This document shows, piece after piece, positions 56,607-64,000 of a stretch of 64,000 bases of DNA; position 1 is the stretch's first letter; each line of letters begins with the position of its first letter. The DNA lies in the NCBI GenBank assembly GCA_964408285.1, contig CAYOYV010000005.1, positions 1 through 64,000 of the forward strand, written 5' to 3'. The position numbers and the translations under genes are program-made. The DNA is from an uncultured Nitrososphaerota archaeon. Lineage in GTDB: Archaea > Thermoproteota > EX4484-205 > JAAOZO01. Under the pieces are notes generated by a model. It saw only the letters and a program-made list of their open reading frames with translations, had not been told where the DNA came from and did no database searches.

Positions 56607-58274
56607 ATGAAAGTAGCTTTGGCTCAGATCAACACAACGGTTGGGGATCTGGAGGGCAACGTTCAAAGAATAGAGCAGAGTATGGATCGAGCCACAAGCC
56701 GCGGGGCTCATGTTGTTGTCTTTCCTGAGCTAGCTGTAACCGGATATCCTCCTCAGGATCTTCTTTTCGAGAAGGAATTCATCAGAATGAACATTCAGTC
56801 ATTGAAAGTGATGACTAGGAGGCGTAGGAAGACGGTGGCAGTAATTGGTTTTGTCGATCTGGAGTCCAATCGTTTATTCAATTCTGCGGCTGTCATTGCG
56901 TATGGAAGGAATCTTGGCGTAGTACACAAGACGCTGCTGCCAACGTATGACATATTTGACGAAGCTAGGTACTTCAGTCCAGGGACAAAGCGAGAGATCA
57001 GGCCGATATCTATCCAAGCGGAGGGGAAGGAGATCAATCTGGGCGTTGAGATCTGTGAGGACCTATGGGACAAGGCCTATGACGTGAAAGTCACCGACGT
57101 GTTGGCAGCAAGGGGAGCGGACATGATAGTGAATCTCTCTGCCTCACCCTTCTACGCCGGCAAATGGAGCGAGCGCCTGAGAATCCTCAAGCGAAAAGCA
57201 ATCAGGAACGGAGTACCGATGTTCTATGCCAACCTTGTGGGCGGACAAGACGAACTCGTCTTCGATGGAGGAAGTTTGGCAGTAGATTGCCGCGGGAACC
57301 TAATTGGCGCTTCCAAACGCTTCGAGGAGGACCTGACCATAGTCGAAATCGACCCAGCAAAGGGCAGGGGAACCAGAGTCAGTCCTCCTATCCAGAGTCA
57401 GGATCAGGAGATGTTCGATGCTCTGGTACTCGGGGTGCGTGACTATTTCAGGAAGACAGGTTTCCAGAGGGCTGTCGTGGCCATGAGTGGCGGGATAGAT
57501 TCCTCGGTCAGCGCGTGCATAGCAGTGGAGGCTCTTGGAAATGCGAATGTCATAGGGGTGTGGATGCCGTCCAGATTCTCCAGTCAACAGGGTCGAATAG
57601 ACGTGCAGACGCTGGCACATAACCTGGGAATCTTCCTCATCGAATTCTCAATCGAGGGAATCGTGGACGCCTATCACAGATCGCTAGAAGAACCGTTGGA
57701 ACAGATAAGATCTCACTATGGAGTAGGCAAAGAGAACGATGATCCTGTTGCCGATGAGAATATCCAACCGAGGGTGAGGGGAAATTGCCTCATGGACATC
57801 TCAAACAGACTCAAGCAGCTCGGAATCTTGATGCTTAATACCGGCAACAAGACTGAACTTGGATTGGGCTACTGCACCCTCTATGGTGACATGGCCGGTG
57901 GTATCGGGGCATTGGGGGATGTCAGCAAATTGGAGGTCTATAGGCTCGCACATTATGTAAACTGCAAATCTGGAAAGGATTTGATACCGAGAAATGTTAT
58001 GATGAAAAGGCCATCCCCTGAGCTCAGAGAGAACCACTACGATCCTTTTGACTTCAGCATCATTAGCCCCCTCGTCGATGACATAATCGAGAAAAGGATG
58101 GGTAAGGGTGCATTGATACGGAAAGGCTACCGCAAAGAGACGGTTGACGATACATACGATAGAATAAGGAGGGCTGAATACAAGAGGAGGCAGTCAGTTC
58201 CTTCCATAAAAGTGACTCGGACTGCATTTGGGATAGGATGGAGGATGCCGATAGTGAATAAATTCAAAGTCTAG
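56607..58274 (+). CDS. nadE: Glutamine-dependent NAD+ synthetase (nitrilase plus synthetase domains)
   Basis: FPEL..TGYPP, K.LLP.Y..FDE.RYF, ICEDLW (E-K-C triad), SGGIDS, ENIQ.R.RG, TGNK.E...GY.TLYGD, PS.EL, EYKRRQ. Confidence 0.95.
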   Translation: MKVALAQINTTVGDLEGNVQRIEQSMDRATSRGAHVVVFPELAVTGYPPQDLLFEKEFIRMNIQSLKVMTRRRRKTVAVIGFVDLESNRLFNSAAVIAYGRNLGVVHKTLLPTYDIFDEARYFSPGTKREIRPISIQAEGKEINLGVEICEDLWDKAYDVKVTDVLAARGADMIVNLSASPFYAGKWSERLRILKRKAIRNGVPMFYANLVGGQDELVFDGGSLAVDCRGNLIGASKRFEEDLTIVEIDPAKGRGTRVSPPIQSQDQEMFDALVLGVRDYFRKTGFQRAVVAMSGGIDSSVSACIAVEALGNANVIGVWMPSRFSSQQGRIDVQTLAHNLGIFLIEFSIEGIVDAYHRSLEEPLEQIRSHYGVGKENDDPVADENIQPRVRGNCLMDISNRLKQLGILMLNTGNKTELGLGYCTLYGDMAGGIGALGDVSKLEVYRLAHYVNCKSGKDLIPRNVMMKRPSPELRENHYDPFDFSIISPLVDDIIEKRMGKGALIRKGYRKETVDDTYDRIRRAEYKRRQSVPSIKVTRTAFGIGWRMPIVNKFKV

Positions 58275-58353
58275 GCTCATTCATCTTTGTCGTGTATGCT
58301 TGGCTGGAAGTGCTAGGCATTGCACTGGGATTGGTCAAGGCTAGAGATCTATT

Positions 58354-59352
58354 CTATGGGGGATAGCCCAGTGTGTAAATGTGCCTTCCTCCCTCGGCCA
58401 GCGGGCCCTTAACGACTGAATCGATCTCCTCATGTGGCCTCTGAGTTAGCTCATCGGCAGGCGGCAGCTTCCCTGGTGGGAATTTCGTCATGATCTCGTT
58501 ATGGAGCTCAACGACGTAGTCGAGCAGCGCTTCAAGACCGAATTGTGCTTTCTCAGCCTTCGCCAAGGTTGCCTTGCCTATGCAGCCTTGGGGGTATGCA
58601 ACGACTTCGATTGGCCCGCATCCGACCTGCCCATACCAACTTATGGGTCTCTGGTACACATTCCCTGCCTTGTCTATGTGCTTCGCGGCGATGTACGCGA
58701 TTGGCTTCGTGTCGACTGCTTTTCTCATATCAATGAATTCTGGGAAAAGAGCCAGAGAGAATGATGTCTCCACTTCGTCTGCATGGACGAACTGGGTTTC
58801 GAACGGCCCCCCATGCTCACGATCCTTGACGAACCCGGGGATTGCATGATACCAATTCAGATTCACGAAAACCCCAGGCACCTGGTATCTCTTGGCGAAC
58901 TGGTGCATTGCTGATGGAATCACGTATTCTTGGCCATGGCCGTTTAAGAGCACCTGCTTCCTGAATCCAGCATTCCAGAATCCTGCCATGATGCCTCTTA
59001 TAGATGCCTTGAAGATATCATCGTCAACGAAGACCGTTCCCGGCATCCCCATATGGTGAAAAGGATGAGACCCATACCAGACTGGCATCGCAACTGTGCA
59101 TCCGGTCTTTTCAGCTACAAGTTCAGCCATCCTTGTTACGAGGTATGTATCCTCACCCGTGCACGCGTGGGGTCCATGAGCTTCAGTGCTTCCGAGAGGT
59201 ATGATTATGAGGTCATTTCTCTTAAGCCTCTCCTGTATCTGAGCGCCGGTCATGTTCTGAAAGTATATTCCGGAGGGAGACTCCATCTGACCACTCTTGG
59301 GAAACTTCCATTCCATGTTTCCTTGAGATAGATCGAACGATGATTTAAGCAT
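58354..59352 (-). CDS. iolN: 3-dehydro-scyllo-inosose hydrolase (creatininase family)
   Basis: GSTEAHG, GEDT, HPFHHMGMPGT, LNGHGQE, HADEVETS, HIDKAGN...RPI.WYG.VG.GPIE. Closely matches Thermotoga IolN as I recall it; context fits. Confidence 0.88.
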   Translation of the reverse strand: MLKSSFDLSQGNMEWKFPKSGQMESPSGIYFQNMTGAQIQERLKRNDLIIIPLGSTEAHGPHACTGEDTYLVTRMAELVAEKTGCTVAMPVWYGSHPFHHMGMPGTVFVDDDIFKASIRGIMAGFWNAGFRKQVLLNGHGQEYVIPSAMHQFAKRYQVPGVFVNLNWYHAIPGFVKDREHGGPFETQFVHADEVETSFSLALFPEFIDMRKAVDTKPIAYIAAKHIDKAGNVYQRPISWYGQVGCGPIEVVAYPQGCIGKATLAKAEKAQFGLEALLDYVVELHNEIMTKFPPGKLPPADELTQRPHEEIDSVVKGPLAEGGRHIYTLGYPP

Positions 59353-59438
59353 GACTTGGCTCTCTAGCTTGACTTATTCGTGAGATTCGATGCCATTTTC
59401 CCCGAAGCGATTCTGATTGGCAAGAGATGTTTTTGGGC

Positions 59439-60248
59439 TTAGAGATATGTCTTATGCACCATGGACCTGAGGAATCGGATTGTCTCGGCAAGGACAACCT
59501 CAGAGCAAGGCGCTTGAAGGATCTCAGCGGAAAGGTACTGGTCATATCGGACCCTATTCAATGCCCTGAGTAACTGGAGGAACGGGATGTGTCCCTTGCC
59601 TGGGGCATTTCTATTGCTATCTGCTATGTGGACATGCTTGAGAAGATTGCCCGCCATAGCTATCGCCCCAGGCATCGATGGTTCCTCTATGTTCATATGA
59701 AACGAATCGAGTAGGATGCCCACATCTCTGAGCTCATTTTTCCTGATGAATGAAGCGGCTTCCGCTGCAGTGTTAAGGAACGGACTTTCATATCTGTTCA
59801 TCGGTTCCAGCACTGCCCTCAATCCCTTCAATTGCTGCAAGGATTTCCCCAGCGCCCTTTGGCTAGAAGCTTTGCCAGGCTGGCCCTTGATGGAACCTAC
59901 TATGACAGGACAATCGAAAGCTTCCGCCAATTTGGAGAAATTCAAAACACGAGCGACAGCTTTCTGCCTTATCGATTCAGATGGAGAACTCAACGAAAGG
60001 CCCTCCATAGCAGCTAGGCCGGTTCCTATTGCAGCTAGAGTCATTTCATATCTTGAGACTAAGCTTTCAAGAATCCTGGGATTGGCATCATCACTTCGCC
60101 TAAGCAGCAACTCGAATCCATTGTATCCCAATCTACTTAGCACCCGAACAGTAGTTTCCAGTGACCCGCAGAACGAGAATGGTACATGGGCGACGGGGCA
60201 TACAGACGCAGAAACCTTTGGGCCAGATGAAGGAGCGCGCTCTCTCAT
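59439..60248 (-). CDS. iolO: 5-keto-L-gluconate epimerase (xylose-isomerase-like TIM barrel)
   Basis: AIGTG....GLSL, IVGSIKG, LEPMNRYE, LLDSFHMNIEE, HVHIADSNR.APG.GH, SAEI; lies between iolN and iolM. Confidence 0.78.
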   Translation of the reverse strand: MRERAPSSGPKVSASVCPVAHVPFSFCGSLETTVRVLSRLGYNGFELLLRRSDDANPRILESLVSRYEMTLAAIGTGLAAMEGLSLSSPSESIRQKAVARVLNFSKLAEAFDCPVIVGSIKGQPGKASSQRALGKSLQQLKGLRAVLEPMNRYESPFLNTAAEAASFIRKNELRDVGILLDSFHMNIEEPSMPGAIAMAGNLLKHVHIADSNRNAPGKGHIPFLQLLRALNRVRYDQYLSAEILQAPCSEVVLAETIRFLRSMVHKTYL

Positions 60249-60368
60249 TTGGTGACTTCCTCTGTCCGCGATATATATCTTCTACATCAGATTGGCTTCA
60301 GTCTTGGAGCTGGAGCATATCAAAGACTTATATGTGATATAGCTCGATCTGTCTATTGCAGTAGGAGA

Positions 60369-61553
60369 ATGACCTCAGATACCAAAATGCATGCTGCTCT
60401 TTTGGAGGCCAGATGGGAACCGAGGTCGAGCTACAAGCTCTCAGAAGACGAAATAGCCACTCATCGCACATATTTCGGGGCTCAGACCTGGAGAGATCCT
60501 AGGCTGGTTCTAAGGGATGTTCGGAAGCCAGAGATCCGGTCGAAGGATGTTCTGCTTAGGGTAAGAGCGACAGGTATCTGCGGGAGCGATGTCCATATGG
60601 TCGAAAAGGACGGCGATGGTTACATGCTATATCCCGGGCTGACCAAGCTCCCGGTGATACCAGGTCATGAGGTCTCAGGTGAGATTGTTGAGGTCGGAGC
60701 CGATGTCAGGACTCTCAAGATCGGAGATTCGGTGACGTGTGAGGAGATGTGGTGGTGTGGGGAATGTGATGCTTGCCGCACCGACAATCTGAATCAATGC
60801 CATAATCTTGAGGAAATGGGATTTACAGCCAACGGTGGCTTTGCCGAATTCCTGGCTGTCAACCACAAATACTGTTGGAAGGCTAACGACCTGGTGGAGG
60901 TCTATGGCTCGGATGATTTGTTCGAGGCCGCCGCCACCACGGAGCCCTCTGCTGTTGCCTACAACGCCATTTTCAATAGAGCAGGAGGTTTCAAGCCCGG
61001 CGCCTATGTGGTGATATGGGGTGCTGGGCCAATAGGGCTGGCATCTCTCGCTCTCTGCAAAGCTGCGGGGTCAGGGAGGTTGACTGTCTTCGAGACCAGC
61101 CCAAATAGAAGGTCAATGGCCATGGCGATGGGGGCAGATGACGTTTTCGATCCTATCGAGCTTTCGAAGCGAGGGGTAGAACCTTTCGAGAGGATCTTGG
61201 ATGTATCCGGTGGCTCGGGGGCTGACTTCATGGTCGAGGCAGCTGGAGCCCCAACTTCGACGTTGCCGCAGATGAACAAGGCTCTGGCAATCGGCGCTAA
61301 AATAGCTTGGATAGGCCGTGCAAACGTCGAATCTTCGATATTCGTCGAGCTATTCCAGACTCATGCCTCACAGCTATTTGGTTCCCAGGGACACTCCGGA
61401 TATGGGACGTTCAGAAATGTCTTGAGATTGATGGCTGCGGGCAGGATAGACATGAGGAAGATGATAACGTCGAGGATAACGATCGATGAGATTCCAGCAT
61501 ACATAGAGAGACTCATTAAGAAGGAAGAAGTGAAGGTCATGGTAAAACCATAG
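60369..61553 (+). CDS. iolM: scyllo-inosose 3-dehydrogenase (Zn-dependent MDR)
   Basis: Distinctive N-terminus A.W.PR..YKL..., GICGSD, Y.LYPGLT..PVI.GHE, CGECDAC..C, GAGPIG, GSQGHSG.GTF. ATG at 60369 after GGAG. Confidence 0.88.
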   Translation: MTSDTKMHAALLEARWEPRSSYKLSEDEIATHRTYFGAQTWRDPRLVLRDVRKPEIRSKDVLLRVRATGICGSDVHMVEKDGDGYMLYPGLTKLPVIPGHEVSGEIVEVGADVRTLKIGDSVTCEEMWWCGECDACRTDNLNQCHNLEEMGFTANGGFAEFLAVNHKYCWKANDLVEVYGSDDLFEAAATTEPSAVAYNAIFNRAGGFKPGAYVVIWGAGPIGLASLALCKAAGSGRLTVFETSPNRRSMAMAMGADDVFDPIELSKRGVEPFERILDVSGGSGADFMVEAAGAPTSTLPQMNKALAIGAKIAWIGRANVESSIFVELFQTHASQLFGSQGHSGYGTFRNVLRLMAAGRIDMRKMITSRITIDEIPAYIERLIKKEEVKVMVKP

Positions 61554-61630
61554 CAGCAAGCCATGCATCGTGACGTCCTACGATCTGGCTCTTGGTGGCT
61601 CAAGCATTCTTCGATATCTTGCCTCTCGAG

Positions 61631-62644
61631 CTATTGAACGGCATCGACCGTGATCGGGACTCCCCTACTAGCCGACAATTTGCATGCCTCCGCGATCTCA
61701 ACGGCTCTAAGGCCATCGAGAACAGAGACCAAGGGCTGAGAGCGATTCAGAATGGACCTGATGAAGCTTCTGTCTTCCTCAACAAACGCGTTTCTGAATC
61801 TCCGCATGAACCATTGCCTGCCGCCATGCCTTATACCCTCTTGATCGGCGAAAGTAAGCATGGTGTCGCTCATGTCTCCGACCTGTATTGTGGCATCGCT
61901 TCCCACAATCTCGGTTCTCAAGTCATATCCATAGTTGCTTTTCCTGATTCCCTCGACGTAGCCATGCGCGGCGGAATCGAAGGTAAGAAGAACAGACGCT
62001 ACATCGTAGTCGCCCTTTTCCCCAATTTCCGTACTTAGGAGACTGGACCCCCTGGCATAGGCGCTTGTTACCTCGCTGTCTAGCATGTTTCTTGCCATGT
62101 CAAAATCATGAGATAGCATGTCGTAGAATATGCCGCCGCTCAAGCTTGGATCGGCAGCCCAACCCTGGGGAGGTGATGGGTCGTGAGCTATCGCTCTATA
62201 CAATATTGCCTTGCCCAAGTATGCCTGTTGGATTCTTTTCTTGGCCTCCAGGTAATATTCGTCGAATCTTCTCATATAGCCAACTTGAGCAATCAGTCCT
62301 GACTCTTCAGTTTTTCTCACAATCCCCTTGGCTTCCTCCAGTGATCTCGCTAAAGGTTTCTCGACTAGTACATTTTTCCCTGCATTGAGCGATGACAGAG
62401 CGACGACAGAATGGAGGTTAGTGGGAACGGAGACGACGACTGCTTGCACATCTCGCCTATCCAGAGCCTCCTCATAATCGATTGCCGAATCAACCTGCAA
62501 TTTCCTGCCTAGCTCCTTCGCTAGTTCTTCTCTTTCATCGATTACGCATCTCAATGTCGCTTCCTGGATTTCCGACCTGAAGATCTCAGCATGGAGTGAG
62601 CCTGCCCTGCCCATTCCTACCACGCAGACTCCGACAGAATCCAT
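61631..62644 (-). CDS. iolG: myo-inositol 2-dehydrogenase (Gfo/Idh/MocA)
   Basis: GMGRAG..H, VEKPLA, QVGYMRRFD, HDP..P, SGGIF.DM..HDFD, YGYD.R.E. Confidence 0.85.
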   Translation of the reverse strand: MDSVGVCVVGMGRAGSLHAEIFRSEIQEATLRCVIDEREELAKELGRKLQVDSAIDYEEALDRRDVQAVVVSVPTNLHSVVALSSLNAGKNVLVEKPLARSLEEAKGIVRKTEESGLIAQVGYMRRFDEYYLEAKKRIQQAYLGKAILYRAIAHDPSPPQGWAADPSLSGGIFYDMLSHDFDMARNMLDSEVTSAYARGSSLLSTEIGEKGDYDVASVLLTFDSAAHGYVEGIRKSNYGYDLRTEIVGSDATIQVGDMSDTMLTFADQEGIRHGGRQWFMRRFRNAFVEEDRSFIRSILNRSQPLVSVLDGLRAVEIAEACKLSASRGVPITVDAVQ

Positions 62645-62762
62645 GACTCAACCTCGGAGCTTGACTAGATAATCATTCTGCTCGGTCGTCGGACCTCAAT
62701 CCGCCGACATTTATGAAATCCATTTTCGGAAAGCGCCTCAACGAGGAATTGGCTTCTCTCCG

Positions 62763-63722
62763 TCAACGCTTCTGGCCCATAAGCTTCGCAAAAGCTGTGT
62801 AGAGGACGCCCTTGGCTGCGTTAATGACTTCAAGGCCTTCTTGGTCACCCTCTGGCTTGACTTCGAAGGATAGAGCGCCTTTGTAACCAATTCCACGAAG
62901 GACTTGCAGCAATTGCATCACATCATCGATGGAATTGATGGCTCCCTTCCTATAGAAGCCGGGATGCCAATCCTTCATTGAGCCATCCACGATCTTAGCA
63001 CAACCTATGTGCACATGCGTGATCAACTCCTTGAAGTCCGTGAGCAGAGATGGTTTCTCGTTCAACAATGGTCCATGGCTTAGGTCCCACAATATGCCGA
63101 TATTCTGGCATTTCTTTCGGACCTGTTTCACAACCTCAGCTGCCTCACCAATGGGACCGATAAGTTGCTTCTTGTCATGATCCCTGTCAAACGTCTCAAG
63201 GTGCACGAAAACCTTGGCATCTCGGGCTTCGGATGTTATTTCCACTAGGCTCTTGACAAGCATTCCAATGGCCTCTTGCCTATCTGTAACAGAGGGGTCA
63301 GGGCCTGAGCACAAGACAACGGACTTGGCTCCCATCCGTGAGGCTCGCACAATGGCTTCTCTCAGAGCATTCACCGATTCCCTTCTATGCGCTTCATCTA
63401 GGGCGCTTGGATTTCTTCCATCAGATAGGATCATAGGTTGGAGGCCGACGAAAACGGATTTTGAGGACCGAGAGACGATCGGTTGTATCTCTCTCCACAC
63501 CTCTTCCTTAAAAGGTGGAACTTCGATAAGATCGAAAAAAGGGTCCTCTGCAATGTCTTGGACAACTTCTTTCCATTTCCGGGCATCATTCGCCTGAGGA
63601 AAAGCGGCGAAGCTGACCAGGCCTATCTCCCACGGGAGCTTACCTCCATGTTCGGAACCACGCGTCTCGTGGTAGCCCAAGATCAAAGTCATGGCCTCGA
63701 CAATCCAGTCAGCCTTTCGCAT
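62763..63722 (-). CDS. Uncharacterised xylose-isomerase-like TIM-barrel protein of inositol/uronate clusters
   Basis: D.FFD.IE, SG.DP, LETFDR..DKK.LIGP, DLSH.PLL.E, HVHIG, D.HP.F, SFEVKP. Confidence 0.7.
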   Translation of the reverse strand: MRKADWIVEAMTLILGYHETRGSEHGGKLPWEIGLVSFAAFPQANDARKWKEVVQDIAEDPFFDLIEVPPFKEEVWREIQPIVSRSSKSVFVGLQPMILSDGRNPSALDEAHRRESVNALREAIVRASRMGAKSVVLCSGPDPSVTDRQEAIGMLVKSLVEITSEARDAKVFVHLETFDRDHDKKQLIGPIGEAAEVVKQVRKKCQNIGILWDLSHGPLLNEKPSLLTDFKELITHVHIGCAKIVDGSMKDWHPGFYRKGAINSIDDVMQLLQVLRGIGYKGALSFEVKPEGDQEGLEVINAAKGVLYTAFAKLMGQKR

Positions 63723-63847
63723 TTAAGTGTTGAATCGGGATCCCGCTCCTCCATTGAGCCTCTCAGGAAAATGAAGAATAGGGACAGGATGCAGTGTCTT
63801 AGATTGATCGTTGATGAATGCGAGTCGACAAGAGCAGAGTGCTGCTA

Positions 63848-64000
63848 TCAGTGCTTCCTCTCGTCAATTCTCAAAGCCTTCAAGTGAAGTTCAAGATTCT
63901 TTGCTATAGTCTCGTAGTATTCCTCTTCGTTGTCAATCAAGACCTCCATGATTCTGTCCTTCAGTGATCTTTTGCCCTTTCCAGACTGGGCCTTTTGGAC
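63848..64000 (-). CDS. uxaE: 3' end of a gene running off the window; probable tagaturonate/fructuronate epimerase UxaE
   Basis: My translation: ...VQKAQSGKGKRSLKDRIMEVLIDNEEEYYETIAKNLELHLKALRIDERKH*. Resembles the UxaE C-terminal helix (K.RI...L..NEE.YY......HL..L), and UxaE is the next step after IolO. Confidence 0.55.
   Translation of the reverse strand, partial: VQKAQSGKGKRSLKDRIMEVLIDNEEEYYETIAKNLELHLKALRIDERKH

Noticed and set aside
59716-60368. 179-aa plus-strand ORF and the 40-aa upstream extension of iolM
   Set aside because: The first is antisense to iolO. The second runs through the divergent promoter region, while the ATG at 60369 has an SD and matches the family start.
1-64000. 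CRISPR arrays, rRNA/tRNA genes, transposases, integrases, defence systems
   Set aside because: None recognised by eye or in the translations; tRNAscan-SE, Infernal and CRISPR finders would be needed to exclude small or split RNAs.

Overview
Gene-dense archaeal chromosome segment of about 50% GC, with no recognisable rRNA, tRNA, CRISPR array or mobile element. The archaeal call rests on an archaeal-type TrpRS, MoaA and OppA, BRE/TATA boxes about 25-30 nt upstream of starts and GGTGA Shine-Dalgarno motifs. A TACK-type anaerobe such as Bathyarchaeia is my inference only. From left to right the window holds: (1) an hdrA-mvhD / hdrCBA / flxDCBA electron-bifurcation operon; (2) a Mo/W-pterin cofactor island (moeA, moaBCEDA, ModE-HTH/PBP regulator, tupABC, split mobB, moeB) with a near-perfect 26-bp ModE-like palindrome abutting the tupA start; (3) a peptide ABC system with a beta-helix surface protein; (4) peptidases, a DUF131 pair, an uncharacterised HPrK/PEPCK-like P-loop protein, an amidohydrolase, GNAT, ThuA-like and URO-D-like genes; (5) trpS and etfBA plus an LctD/GlcD-like dehydrogenase; (6) an RNase HIII-architecture protein lacking its fourth carboxylate; (7) a three-gene candidate trans-membrane signalling cassette (secreted coiled-coil protein, small helical protein, extracellular-sensor/TM/wHTH protein); (8) a PIG-L/tandem-GNAT pair, M42 peptidase, stand-alone LigD phosphoesterase, DUF362, MFS, NatAB-like ABC, superoxide reductase with an unannotated rubredoxin, and nadE; (9) a Thermotoga-type myo-inositol pathway (iolN, iolO, iolM, iolG, an orphan TIM barrel and the 3' end of a probable uxaE). 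All family calls come from motif recognition by eye; no searches were run.
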